64,000 bases of DNA, from the NCBI RefSeq assembly GCF_009914755.1, contig NC_060934.1; one strand, given 5' to 3'. A program made the position numbers and the translations under genes. Below the pieces are notes generated by a model. It worked only from the letters and a program-made list of their open reading frames with translations. It was not told the origin of the DNA and did no database searches. Positions 16,554 through 32,381 of the stretch are shown one piece after another. Position 1 is the first letter of the stretch. Every line of letters starts with the position of its first letter. The DNA is from the human T2T-CHM13v2.0 reference genome, Homo sapiens.

Positions 16554-17508
16554 TTTTCTGCCCATGGAAAGAATATTTTATCCAAATGTAATAGTAGTTT
16601 CAATGAAAAGGTCATTCCGCCATACCTTGTGCATGGGAGCAGAAGTCTTCCCATTCATTCTTCATCCCACTGCAGCCCAGCTCTGCCCTCTTTCTACTGA
16701 CATGGCTCCTGCTAAGGATGTGAACACCACCTCCTTGGCCAAATCCACATCTATGGTCCATGAACCCAACTGACAACTCTTCTTCCTTGGCTTCTGAGTC
16801 TCCCCGTCTCCCGGTGTCCTTCCCACCGCTGGGGCTGGTCTTTCCCAGGCTGCTCAGAGGGCCCCTTCATCTGCCTGGCAGCGATATCCCGTCCCTCCTG
16901 CTCTCCTGCGGTGTAGACACCACCTACCCATCAAGAGGAGAGGCCTTACTCCTCTCACTGTGAATTTGGGTTGGCTGTTGGGAGTTGCTTGCAATGAATA
17001 GACTGTGGCCATACATTCTGAGGTTTGGTAGGCAGAAGCTTCGCAGCCTCTGCCTCGCTCTCTAGATGTCCCCCAGGAGGCTCCCTCCCGGGTTCCAGGC
17101 GCCAAGCCATGAGGTGGGCAGGCCATAAAGATGCTCCGGTTGATGCTCCCAGCTGACCTCAGCTTTGGGGTCATCCCCGCTCAGAAGCCAGACTTGTAAG
17201 TGAAGAAGCCTCAGCGGGATTCCAGCCCTCAGCCATTTGAATCCACGCAGCTGTCCAGGGTGGAAAAAATTGGATGTCTGCCGAGGCCCCAGGCTTAGTG
17301 GATCAGGGAAAAGCCATTTTCACTGTACCCCGTTCAGATTCCTGACCCACAGAACTTATAAGGATGAAAAATGCTGGTTGCTTTACATCACAGAGTTTGG
17401 GGAGGTTTGTCACATAACAAGAGATACTTGGAAGGCTCTCCCATGTCTCCTCACTCTTTATGGAGAAACTTGTGAATTTATATGTACACATTTAAAATAC
17501 ATTTATTT

Positions 17509-17920
17509 AGCTTGGCGCAGTGGCTCACGCCTGTAATCCCAGCACTTTGGGAGGCCAAGGCAGGCAGACCATTTGAGTCCTGGGGTTCGAGACCAGCCTG
17601 GGCAATATGGTGAAACCCCGTCTCTACTAAAAATACAAAAATTTGCTGGGCGTGGTGCCTGTAGTCCCAGCTACTCGAGAGTCTGAGGTGGGAGGATCAC
17701 CTGAGTCATGATGGTGCCACTACACTCCAGCCATGGTGACCCTGTCTCAAAAATCAAATAAAATTTATGTAACATATATTTGTATATCATATATTTATAT
17801 TATTATAGTTATTAATATATAATACATATAATATATAATTATAATATTTATATATTATAAATTGTAAATATATGCTGTAACATATTATGTATTTATGTAA
17901 ATATATCTATTTTTAAGTAT
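17509..17920 (+). mobile_element. Alu followed by an AT-rich low-complexity tract
   Basis: Alu 17509-17760; (TA)-rich 17760-17920. Confidence 0.85.
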
Positions 17921-18336
17921 ATTTACTTCTCTCTCTCACACCTGCGTCCCTGTAATTCTGGTGCTTTTCAAGGAAGCAATGCCCTCCACACCCTAGTGTG
18001 TCAGTGTGAAGTGCGTGGATGGGTTGCATAATTGCATAGTGGGTTGTTCCTATTTATGTAAGCCAGATTCTCCCATAGATCTCTACAATTTATACGTCAA
18101 TAGATACTATTAGATTCCTTTCCAAAAATGTTATAGTATCTGTGCTCCCTCAGGTAAGGCATGAGGGGCTGTTTGTCCATGCCTCTAAGAACACTAAGTT
18201 ATTTTAAACTTTGCATTTCAGTGAATGAACAATAGCTTCTAATATTGGTATGTGGCTCAGATGAATAAAATAAAGTAAGAGTTTGATCTGTTGCCATCTG
18301 TCAATGAGATAAAAATGTAAAGATTAAGAAATGAGA

Positions 18337-18842
18337 GGTCGGGCATAGTGGCTCACACCTGTAATCCCAGCTCTTTGGGAGGCCAAGGTAGGAAGCTTGT
18401 TTGAGCCCAGGACTTCAAGACCAGCCTAGGCAACATAGTGAGACCCAATCTCAACTTAAAAAAAAAAAAGAAATGAGGCAAAATATTGAGTCAATAGTTA
18501 CCAGGAAAGGTTTCAACAACTTGATTAGTTAGACATATATTCCAGGAATATGCAGCACTATGTTATAGCTATTTAAAGATGTCAGAAAGCAGGGCAGGCA
18601 TGGTGGCTCATGCCTGTAATTCCTGCACTTTGGGAGGCCAAGGCAGCAGGATTGCTTGAGCTCTGGAGTTCAAGAGCAGCCTGGGCAACATAGTAAGACC
18701 CCATTTCTACAAAAATTACAAAAATTAGCCAGGTGTGGTGGCACTTGCCTTTAGTCCCAGCTACTCGGGAGGCTGAGGCAGGAGGATTGCTTGAGCCCAG
18801 GACTGTGAAACCAGCCTGGTCAATATAGCAAGACCCTGTCTC

Positions 18843-18874
<32 letters not shown>

Positions 18875-18885
18875 CAAAAAAAAAT
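18337..18885 (+). mobile_element. FLAM (18337-18470) and Alu (18592-18885) with (AAAT)n tail
   Basis: Alu consensus. Confidence 0.85.
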
Positions 18886-18944
18886 TAAAGATCTCAGAAA
18901 GCTATTTAGTATTTTAGCAGTTATTCCATTTACTAAGGTATTAC

Positions 18945-19395
18945 TTATTGAATTGTTTCCCCCCCAAAAAAATGTTGGCGCCCTAACCCCCAATATCTGT
19001 GAATGTGAACTTATTTGGAAACAGGATCTTTACAGAGGTCAGGTTGAAATGAGGTCACAGGTGGGCCCTAAGCCAATATGACCGTCCTTATAAAAAGGGG
19101 ACATTTGGGCACAGAGACAGACATGCACACGGGGAGAATGTCACATTAACATGAAGGCAGAGCTCAGGGTGATGCACCTACAAGCCAAGGAACTCCAAAA
19201 ATTGCCAGAAAGCCACCAGCAGCTAAGGCAGAGGTACGGAACAGATTCTCCCTCACAGGTCTCAGAAGGAACCAACCCTGCCGACACCTTGATCTCAGAC
19301 TTCCAGCCTCCCAAGCTGTGAGACAATTAAGTTCTGTTGTTCTCAGCCACCAAATTTTTGGTACTTTGTTATGGCAGCCCTAGGGAACTAATAGA
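18945..19395 (+). mobile_element. MLT1-family MaLR LTR
   Basis: TGTGAATGTGAACTTATTTGGAAACAGG..; CAGACTTCCAGCCTCC..; TTTGTTATGGCAGCCCTAGGGAACTAATA. Confidence 0.8.
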
Positions 19396-20440
19396 GAAGG
19401 AAAACTAAAATATCAATGAATGGCTCTTTTCTCTGTTATTTTCTAAAATAGAAAGGTTAGTGGAAGGAAGAGCTGAATTATCTGTTCCCATTACAGGCTA
19501 GTAAGGAGTGGTAACAAGAATTTTAAGGAAAGTTTGGAAACCAATTTTTTCAGAGTTACCCAAACTGCGAGTTTTAGACCAACAATTTTCCCCCTTTTCA
19601 GAGCAATCTAGCCCAGTGGCCTCCATCTCCAGTTTTAAAATTAATGTAAAAGGTCATGCATACCCAATATAATCAACTTGTTTTTCAAAAAGGGAGGTTG
19701 TAGAAGGAGAGCTTGGTTACTTCTTTTTTTATTTTTCTTTTTTCATAAACTCAGTGGTAAGAATTGGTTGCTTCTTTAGTAAACAAATGTACCTTGATCT
19801 TAGGTGAGAGAGACCAAAACTCACTTCTCTTGTAGCACTAAATACACTGCATTGTATTTAACTAATGATTCATAAATATGCTTTGAAAGAATTTAGTTTC
19901 TACTTTTCCAGGACTTGCAATTTTATAATTTTAAGTGGTTTAGAGGAGACTTTCAGACTGTCCTAAATTTTTTGTATTGCGTGTTACTTGATACATATAA
20001 AGGAATATATGTAACACATCTAAATTTTGAAGCATAATAACAAAAGGAATTATTTGTGAGCCTATTATCCAACTGAAGAACTAAAACATGGCTGGTACCA
20101 TTGTAGCTCCCTGTGCGTGACACCCCTGATTTGACCCTTCCTCCTCTCCATCCCCCTGGTGCCCAGGCTGTCATTGAAAGCACAGTGATTTTTATGTCTA
20201 GTCATTGTCTGCTGTTGTGGCCACAGCAGTGGCCACAGTGCCACTGCATCCTGTGTGTCATGGGAAACTACACCCCAAGCATGACTGCTCCAGCTCCCTC
20301 AACCCTGAGACCTCTGGGTAACAACTCTTTATTTCAAAGGTTCTCAGATTGTTTTTATCTCAATTAGATTCACAGCATGAACCTGCAGGACACTTGGGGT
20401 CTGTTTCTGATGTTCATCTCAGTGGAGCTACCAGAGCATC

Positions 20441-21462
<1,022 letters not shown>

Positions 21463-21583
21463 GTGGTAGCATCTAGTCAGTTGCTTAGTGCAGAACAGAC
21501 ACCGTTGAATTAGTTAATCAACATTTTTTGCTAAATATTCAGGTGCCAAAGAAAATTAACCTGTATTTTGATTTGAAACATAC

Positions 21584-21746
21584 CATATCTTTTCTGGGCA
21601 TCATCAATAATTGGAATATGTCCTCTGCCAAGGGATTTATCACCCTGATCAATCAGAGCTTCCTTCACTGCTTTATATCCATGGAAGACCATGGTGGGCC
21701 AGGATCCAAAGTACAGGGTGTAAACAGAGCTGTACTCTTTGGCCAA
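21584..21746 (-). pseudogene. CYP2C23P: CYP2C pseudogene exon 2 (open frame, intact splice sites)
   Basis: ttccag|LAKEYSSVYTLYFGSWPTMVFHGYKAVKEALIDQGDKSLGRGHIPIIDDAQKRY G|gtatgt; 163 nt, the CYP2C exon 2 length. Confidence 0.95.
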
Positions 21747-22235
21747 CTGGAAAGAGATGCAAGCACCTGTGTAAGTGCTAGTGTGAAATCTGTTGAAGGT
21801 TTGGGGAGAAATTAAGTAATAATTTTACATGTGGCTTAGCCTTTGCTCCATCAGTTCCACTTTAGGAATTCAACCTGAGGCATTGACTTGCATTCATTCT
21901 TTCCTTCATTTATATATGCAATCACTCAGCAAATATTTACTAAGCATCTATGCTATGTCAGACAGTGTGCACAGCCCAGGATTCCTCATGGAAAGTCTGG
22001 TGAAAATGACAGGAAATAAACAGCCAAACAAATTACATTTGCAATACAAATTGAGCATAATTCTATAAAGTGATAAAGAGTATACTGTGTTGGATGACCA
22101 AGGGAGAACTTAATAAAATAAGTAAGAGAAGGCATTTATGGGGAGGTAGTATTTAAGTTAAAACTAAAGGTGAGGAGGAAGCAGCCAGGATAAGGGGTTC
22201 AGGGAGAGCTCACTATGCAGGTACAAACTATTTCA

Positions 22236-22403
<168 letters not shown>

Positions 22404-22589
22404 TTATGGTGGTGGTGTTCAAGGAGGAAAATGTGGTACTAAAGTATCCAACAACTAGGGGTTGGTTTTGAAACTTATTTTACATTCATGCAATTAAATT
22501 CAAAGCAACCACTTGAAATTAGTTACAGGAGGTTATATAATGTTATGGAAACATGCCCTCCAGCCCAGGTGACAGAGCGAGTCTCTGTT

Positions 22590-24295
22590 TCAAAAATAAA
22601 ACATAAAAATGGGCAAAAGATCTGAAGAGACATGTCACCAACAAAAGATCTATAGATGGTACTATAGCTTGAATGTCCCCTCCAAAAATCAGGCTGAAAT
22701 TTCATTGCCATGGTAACAGTGCTGAGACAGGACCTTTAAGACTTGTGATTAGGTCATGAAGGCATTGCCCTCCTGAAAGAATTAGTGTTATTGTGGGCTT
22801 GGGTTAGTTATCACAGGACTGTGCTCCTGATAAAAGGGTGAAGTTCGGTCTTCTTTTGCTGTGTCTCTCGTGCGTGCTTTCTGGCTGTGTGTTATGATAC
22901 AGCAAGAGGCCCTCATCAGATGTGGCCCCTCAATCTTGGATTTCCCAGCCTCCAGAGCCATGAGCCAAAAAAACGCTTCATTTCTTTCTAAATTACCCAG
23001 TCTGTGGTATTCTATTACTGCAGCAGAAAACAGAATAAGACAGATGGCAAATGAGCATATGAAAATATGCTCTACATCATATATCATTAGGAAATTGCAA
23101 ATTAAAACAGCAATGAGATACCACTACACATCTATCAGAATGGCCAAAATCCAAAACATGGACAACTCCAAATGGTGATGAGGATGTGGGGCAACAGGAA
23201 CTTTCCTTCATTGCTAGGAAGGAATACAAAAAATGAAACTGCCATTTTGGAAGACAGTTTGGCAGTTTTTTTGTTTGTTTGTTTTTAAGACAAGGTCTTG
23301 CTCTGTTGCCTGTGTTGAAGTGCAGTGACTTGATCATAGCTCACTGCAGCTTCTAACTCCTGGGCGCAAGTGATCCTCCTGCCTCAGCCTCCCAAGTAGC
23401 TAGGACCACACCTGGCTAATTTTTAGATTTTTTTGTAGTGATGGGGTTTTACTATATTGCCCAGGCTTTTCTTGAACCTATGGCCTCAAGCCATCCTCCC
23501 ACCTTGGCCTCCCAAAGTGTTGGGATTACAGGTATAATTGACCACACCTTGCCCAGTTTGGTGTTTCTTACAAAGTAAGCATACTCTCACCATGTGATCT
23601 GCAATCACACTCCTTGGTATTTACCCAAAAGAGCTGTAAACTTACGTCTGCACAAGAACCTGCACGTGGATGTTTGTAGCAGCATTTTTACAACTGAAGC
23701 AACTAAGACGTTCTTCGGTAAGTACGTGAATAACTAAACTATGGTACATCTAGATAATGGAATATTATTCAGTGCTAAAAAGAAATGTGCTATCAAATCA
23801 AGAAAAGACGTGGAGGAAACTTAAATGCATATTATTAGGTGAAAGAAGCCAATCTGAAAGGGTCATAGATGGTATGCTTCCAACTATATGACAGTTTGGA
23901 AAAGGCCAGAGTATGGAGACAGCAAAAAAGATCGGTGTTTGCCAGGGCTTGGCGGGAGGGAGGGATAAACAGGCACAGCATAGGCGATTTTCAAGGCAGG
24001 AAACTATTCTGTTTGACACTATAATGGTGGGTACCTGGTCATACACATTTGTCCAAACCCACAGAATGTACAACATTATAAGAGAACCTAAGTAAACTAT
24101 TGTCTCTGAATGACGATGACACGTCAATGCAAGTTCATCAATTGTAACAAATGGACCCTCTGGTGTGAGAGGTCAGTCGTGGGGGACATTGTACATGTGT
24201 TGGGGCAGGAGGTATATGAGGACTCTCTGTATTTTCCACTCAGTTTGGCTGTGAACCTAAAACTGTTCTAAAAAGTAAAATCTATTTTTAAAGAA
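22590..24295 (+). mobile_element. Old L1M 3' region interrupted by an MST-type LTR (~22660-23041) and an AluJ (23268-23555, minus)
   Basis: L1 ORF2-end and 3'UTR motifs (AATGGGCAAAAGATCTGAA, GCAATGAGATACCACTACAC, CTCCTTGGTATTTACCCAAA). Confidence 0.8.
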
Positions 24296-24391
24296 ATTAC
24301 CTCCGTTCCCCTTCTCTGCATTATTTTTTCTACAGCATTTATAATACTATGATGATATATATATATAACATATATATGTATATTACAGTAT

Positions 24392-25226
24392 TACAGGTTG
24401 AGTATCCCTAGTCCAAAAATCTGAAATCTGAAAAGCTCCGAAATTCAAAACTTTTTGCATGCCTACATGACACCACAAGTGGAAATTTCCACACTTTACC
24501 TCATGTAATGGGTTGCAGTCAAAACGCAATCAAAACTTTGTTTTATGCACAAAATTATTAAAAACAGTATATAAAGTTTACCTTCAGGCCCATTAAGATG
24601 CATATGAAACATAGATTAATTTCATGTTTAGACCTGGGGCCCATCTCCAAGATATCTCATTATGTATATGCAAATATTCCAAAATCATGGCCGGGTGCGG
24701 TGGCTCACACCTGTAAACCCAGCACTTTGGGAGGCTGAGGCAGGTGGATCACCTGAGGTCAGGAGTTCAACACCAGCCTGGGCAACATGGCGAAACCCCG
24801 TCTCTACTAAAAATACAAAAATTAGCCGGATGTGGTGGTGCACCTCTGTAATCCCAGCTACTCGGGAGGCTGAGGCAGGAGAATCTCTTCAACCCAGGAG
24901 GCGGAGGTTGCAGTGAGCCAAGATTACATCACTGCACTCCAGCCTGGGTGACAGTGAGACTCCGACACACACACACACACACACACACTATATATACATA
25001 TATATATACATACACACACACACACACACTATATATACATATATATACACACACACACTATATATACATATATATACACACACACACACACACACATACA
25101 TACACACACACTATATATATATTTTGGAATATATATATATATATATATATTCCAAAATCTGAAAAAATCTGAAATCTGAAACACTTCCGGTCCCAAACAT
25201 TTTGATAAGGAATACTTAACATGTGT
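24392..25226 (+). mobile_element. MER2 (TcMar-Tigger MITE) containing an AluS (24689-24965) and a (CA/TA)n microsatellite (24966-25150)
   Basis: TIRs TACAGGTTGAGTATCCCT... and ...ATAAGGAATACTTAACATGT; AAAATCTGAAAT motifs. Confidence 0.8.
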
Positions 25227-25401
25227 TGACTTGTTTTGGTTTTGTCTCACTCTCCTTATTAGAATTGTTTAAGTTATACAAGGGCAGGGTTTTTTCCTCC
25301 TCTTTTGTTCATGGCAATGCTCCCAGACTCTAAAGGGCACCCTGTCAAAAAATATGGCTCATGGAATGTTTATCTAAGAAATTAGCGCTAAGGCTTACCA
25401 T

Positions 25402-25536
25402 CAGATAAATGTCCTGTACTGCTTCTTCTGTCCTAGAGAATATGTTTTTGCAATGAATTTATGGAGACGACGTCTTTCACCCAAACCAGCATTTCCAAAG
25501 GTACGAATATCAGCCAGGGTAGCCAAGCTGGGCTGC
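25402..25536 (+). repeat. Inverted-repeat arm A (copy of the CYP2C23P upstream region, in intron 1)
   Basis: Reverse complement matches 26451-26583 at roughly 90%. Confidence 0.95.
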
Positions 25537-25645
25537 ATTAGAGCTGGGTGTTGCGGAGAGGAGTGGAGATCACTCTCTAGAAGGAGGATCACAAAGCCTC
25601 CCATGGATCACTTAGTGTAAAATAATAGTAATAATATCCAAGGGC

Positions 25646-25902
<257 letters not shown>

Positions 25903-26231
25903 ATTTTTACATTTCTACGGCTTGCTTTTTGGTGTTATATGATGGGGGCATTGGAAGCTTTCCAATTAAAATATGTTCTGTCCCCAGGATTTTCTCATTC
26001 ACTAGAATTCAGCCAATAACTCAAGTTAGGTCAACACCCTCACTACCTGCTCTGCAGTGCTCCAGTCCTAAAGCCAGAGGATATCTGTCTTGTATGACAG
26101 TAATAAACAACCAAAAGTAGCTCCGTGATGTGAAGAACTAAGAAAGGCTGAGGTAAGACTGCTGGCCTGCAGTGGTCTGAGACGCAGAACCTGGCCTAGA
26201 GATGACCAGCCTTGGAATCAAAGCCCCTTAT

Positions 26232-26389
26232 CTTGGAGAGAGATGCAAGGGCATCCTTGGGGTTTCGTTGCAGCCTATTCCCAATCGTGGGAAGGGGAGT
26301 TGGGCTGGGACTTTTCTTCCACACCAAAAAGAAAATCAGGCAAGTGGCGCACATCGCAAGAGCCGAGCAGTGGGTGCCAGCAACCCCAT
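26232..26389 (-). pseudogene. CYP2C23P: CYP2C pseudogene exon 1
   Basis: ATG at 26389-26387; MGLLAPTA/fs/ALAMCATCLIFFLVWKK-SPSPTPLPTIGNRLQRNPKDALASLSK (signal anchor plus PPGPTPLP-like motif). Donor mutated to ATAAG. Confidence 0.9.
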
Positions 26390-26450
26390 TTCACCCCTGG
26401 TGTTAGCAACCATCTGGGTCACCAGTCAGAAAGCAAAAGCTTGCAGAGGA

Positions 26451-26583
26451 GCAGCCCAGCTGGCTACCCTGGCTGATATTCGTACCTTTGGAAATGCTGC
26501 TTGGGGGAAAGATATTATCTCCCTAAATTCATTGCAAAAACATATTCTCTAGGACAGAAGCAGCAGCACAGGACATTCATCTG
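26451..26583 (-). promoter_or_regulatory. Putative proximal promoter of CYP2C23P / inverted-repeat arm B
   Basis: Lies 62-194 nt upstream of the exon-1 ATG; contains TTTTGCAAT (C/EBP-like) and TCCAAAGGTA (HNF4/DR1-like) on the minus strand. Confidence 0.5.
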
Positions 26584-27014
26584 GAACCAGTCTGTCCCTG
26601 CTGGACAAAGGCTGCTCTGGGTTCTTGGACTTGGAAAAAAAATGGAAAGAGGTTTTGAGTTTGTTGACTTTGCTGAAGCTTGAGATTAAGAAGGGTTCAT
26701 CCTTCCCTACCTCTTATTCAGAAAATCTGCAACTTTTCTCTGAATTTCTAAGCATCCCCATTATATGTACTTTTTCTTTTTCAGCATTGATGATTCATTA
26801 CATATAAAACTTCATTTTATTTTTCATAGCTTTCTGAAACTGTTCAAATAATTAACTTCACAAATTATAAAAAACAGGTCATATATTCTGAGATCTGATT
26901 TGGAAAAACACAGCTGTCAAAGTCATCCTCCTCAAACATCATTTTTCTCATTTCTCTCATCAGTTAGAAGTCTCCTGTGTTCTTGACAGTGAATTGAGGT
27001 ATTCGAAAAAAAAG

Positions 27015-27445
27015 TCCACGTGTCCATCCACAGATGAATGGATAAATACAATGTAGTTATATGTACGATGGAATATTATTCACCCTTAAGGAGGGATGAT
27101 ATTCTAATACATGCTATCCATGGATGAACCTTGAAAACACTATTCTAAGTGAAATATGCCAGACAAAAAAGGACAAATATTGTATGATTCTGCTTATATG
27201 AGGTATCTTCAATAGGCAAATTCACAGAGACAGAAAGTAGAATAGAGGTAGGTTACTAGGGGCTGGGAGGAGGAGGAAGGCAGGGAGCTATTGTTTAATA
27301 GTCGCAAGAGTTTCTGTTTGGGATGTTGAAAAAATTCTGAAAATTGATAAAAGTGATGGTATTTATTGCCACTAACTTGTACAATTTAAACATGGTTGAA
27401 ATGGTAAATTTTTTGTTGTTTACATTTTGCCACAATAAAGACAAA
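27015..27445 (+). mobile_element. L1M 3'UTR fragment
   Basis: GATGAATGGATAA.., TGGATGAACCTTGAAAACAC.., GAGACAGAAAGTAGAATAGAGG. Confidence 0.8.
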
Positions 27446-28600
27446 GAAAACCTCTACTAACTTGGTAGTTGAAAAATGTTAACTCATTTTTATTTGCATT
27501 TAAAATAATGCTGTTATTGATTTATTCTTTGATTTTTAATAATAGCAAATTCTCCAAGATCCTGAGATTTATTCTTTGAAATAAATCTTCCTATTAATGT
27601 CTCATGGTCTATACCTTATTTCATAGGGAATTAAATTGTTACTGTAATACATCTTTTAAAAAATCTAAAAAGAAAATCCACTATGGTTTTCCTACTACTT
27701 ATTGTAGCAAACATGGAAAATCTCTGCAGCACTAAAATTCTTAAATGGTTTCAACTCTGATATTTTTCTCTTATTTCAGAGCCATCCCTCTGTATTTCCC
27801 ACAGCAGACTATTTACTTCCATTAAGCAAACTTGCTGATTAGCCTGCATTCACGTATCCACTAGTACAAGGACCAGGAGGATTTTTATGTAAAGGGTTTT
27901 AGGGCCCATGAGGATGGGGCCAGGGCTGAGGTTGGGCTTGTGCATGGAGAAAAACCAAAGTAGAGAGAATCAGCTGGGGGACCTCACATATATTTGTCTT
28001 CCTTTTGGTACCGTCTGTGAAACCAGCATCCACTGGTGTTTTTGCTGTTTCTGCGAGTATACACTTGCAGACATTTCAGGGAAGTAAATTATTGACTTTG
28101 AAATACTGTGAAAAGTTAGAACTTCAATGTTGATTTGGATGTGGAAAGCAGGTGAATAAATAGAGGGAACTGGTAAACACGTTGGGTAAAGGGTACTTTG
28201 ACAATGACAGAATCATGTCCGTCTTCTGCTTAAAACTCTTGAAAGGTTTTTTTTTTTCCCCCACATCTTCTTTCCTTTTATTGAAAAACATTTTAGAAAA
28301 TGTCAGTTAATAAAAAGTAGCAATGAATCAACAGGGATATACTAGTGGAAAACACAATATAAAACTAAAAATGCCATTGGCTTCTTCAATTGATTAAGAG
28401 CACAAAATGTAACAGACAGAAGGTCTGTTTTAAACCAATTTTCTAAAGCGATGTATTTTTAAAATTCTCCCCATCAGCTATGTACACACTCACAAAAACA
28501 ATGTGTGAAGGAAACCTGTCATACACAAGAAGTTGTATCCTGAATTCTTCAGGGAAACACATGTTGAAATAGGAATTAAAAAGAGTCAGCAACAGGTTAA

Positions 28601-28968
28601 TTATATATATGTGCGTATATATATATACACACACATACACACACACACACATATATATACATATATATATTTTTTCTTTTTTTATTTTTTTGAGATGGAG
28701 TCTCGCTCTGTCACCCAGGCTGGAGTGCAGTGGTGTGATCTCGGCTGTGAAACCTCTGCCTCCCGGGTTCAAGCGATTCTCCTGCCTCAGCCTCCCAAGT
28801 AGCTTGGATTACAGGCACCTGCCACCACACCCGGCTAATTTTTGTATTTTTAGTAGAGACGGGGTTTCACCATGTTGGCCAGGCTGGTCTCGAACTCCTG
28901 ACCTCATGATCTGCCCACCTCGGCCTCCCAAAGTGCTGGGATTACAGGCATGAGCCACCACGCCTGGC
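28601..28968 (-). mobile_element. AluS with (TA/CA)n-expanded tail in the SPCS2 retrocopy 3'UTR
   Basis: Reverse Alu consensus. Confidence 0.88.
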
Positions 28969-29539
28969 CTAATAATATTTTTAAATTGAGTCTTCAAGCA
29001 CTGCGTGGCACAAAGCTATACTATATAAAGTACTGCTAGGTTCAAAAGAAAAAATCTGTACCGCTTTTAGCAAAAGTGCTTTTCCAGAAAAGCAAATCAA
29101 AACAATGTAATCAGCAGACCAAGGAGGTTACAGCCAGACATCAGGGCTACACCTTCTCATATCTTGCTAGAAGATCCTATTTATCCAGAATAAAATTTCA
29201 GGACAAAACAGGGACATTTTAAACATTTCTTACTTTACGCATTTAAAATTTTCTATATTTTCAGCATGATCCAGCAGAAAGAGGGCTGCTGTGAGAACTG
29301 GCTATTTTATTTTCTTTCTGTGGTGAGACTGTCATGGAGCCTGGATATTTTAGGCTCTTATGCATCCCTGACCAGTGTCCCACCGTGGTCAAAAAACTTA
29401 GCAATGAACTTGGTGAACTTGGCTTCCCGCAGCTGCCGCCTTCTCCCATTGATGAAGGCCAGCTGCCAAATATCAGGATCCACTCCTGCAGGATCCTTCC
29501 TGTGGGCCACAAGAAAGACGCTCTTCTTATGTGAGCTAT

Positions 29540-29860
29540 ATAAATGGTCATGACTGGGCACCTGGCTCACGCCTGTAATCCCAGCACTTTGGGAGGCCAA
29601 GGCGGGCAGATCACTTGAGGCCAGGAGTTCGAGACCAGCCTGGCCAACATGGCAAAACCCCGTCTCTACTAAAAACACAAAAATCAGCCAGGCTTGGTGA
29701 CATGTGCCTATAATCCCAGCTACTTGGGAGACTGAGGCACAAGAATCACTTGAACCCAGGAGACACAGGTTGCAGTGAGCCAAGATTGTGGCACTGTACT
29801 CCAGCCTGGGTGGTACAGCGAGACTCTGACTCAAAACATAAAAAAATAAATAAATGGTCA
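29540..29860 (+). mobile_element. Alu inserted in the SPCS2 retrocopy CDS, TSD ATAAATGGTCA
   Basis: TSD at 29540-29550 and 29850-29860. Confidence 0.92.
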
Positions 29861-30489
29861 GAATCCCCATCATCACAAAATAGGATAGGATGCACATGGC
29901 CAAAACGGGCTTGGACTCGGCAAAGGGGTGCACAGAATCCCAAATCAAAGCTACTATGGTAAGGAAACAGGAGTGCAATCAGATAGTGAGGCAAATGTCA
30001 ATGAGACCAAAATTCTCCCCCTACGGGTATTTTTCCAGAAGTACCTTTCTGGCAGAATCATCCAGAGTTTTTCATAGCGGATCCATCCCACTTGTCAGTT
30101 TTTCCATGCTTCTCATCCGTCTTCCACTTAGCCAACAAGCCACTGAGGCTACTGCCTGTCGCGCAGCTGAGACCACCGCTGGCCCCACTACTGCCTCCGC
30201 CACCACCACTTCTCCTGCCCTGGGCAGCTGCCGCCATCTTGTCGCAAAAAGCTTTCTTTGAAAGGTTTGTTTCCAACCTTTGGGAAAAGCCACCAATGGG
30301 TAATAAGACTTAGAAGGCCCACCATGCTCTACCTTGCCCTTCCCCTCTTCTCACACCCACCTCTTCAGCCTCCTGTTTTGGTGCTCGCATTCTCACTAAT
30401 AATGTTGCACCTATATTGAATATTTTTTTACCATTTCTGGAAGGTTCTTGAACTGAGGTCTTCACACTATTACTCAATCCTTTAAAAAA

Positions 30490-32381
<1,892 letters not shown>

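Larger units (their letters stand above)
28250..30257 (-). pseudogene. SPCS2 processed pseudogene, full length with poly(A) and TSD
   Basis: ATG at 30237-30235: MAAAAQGRRSGGGGG..GLLAKWK..DKWDGSA..; YFVMMGILTIY; VFLVAHRKDP; KFFDHGGTLV; TAG at 29302-29304. No introns, AATAAA at ~28277-28282, poly(T) at 28247-28257, TSD TTGAAAGGTTT at 28239-28249 and 30258-30268. Confidence 0.93.
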
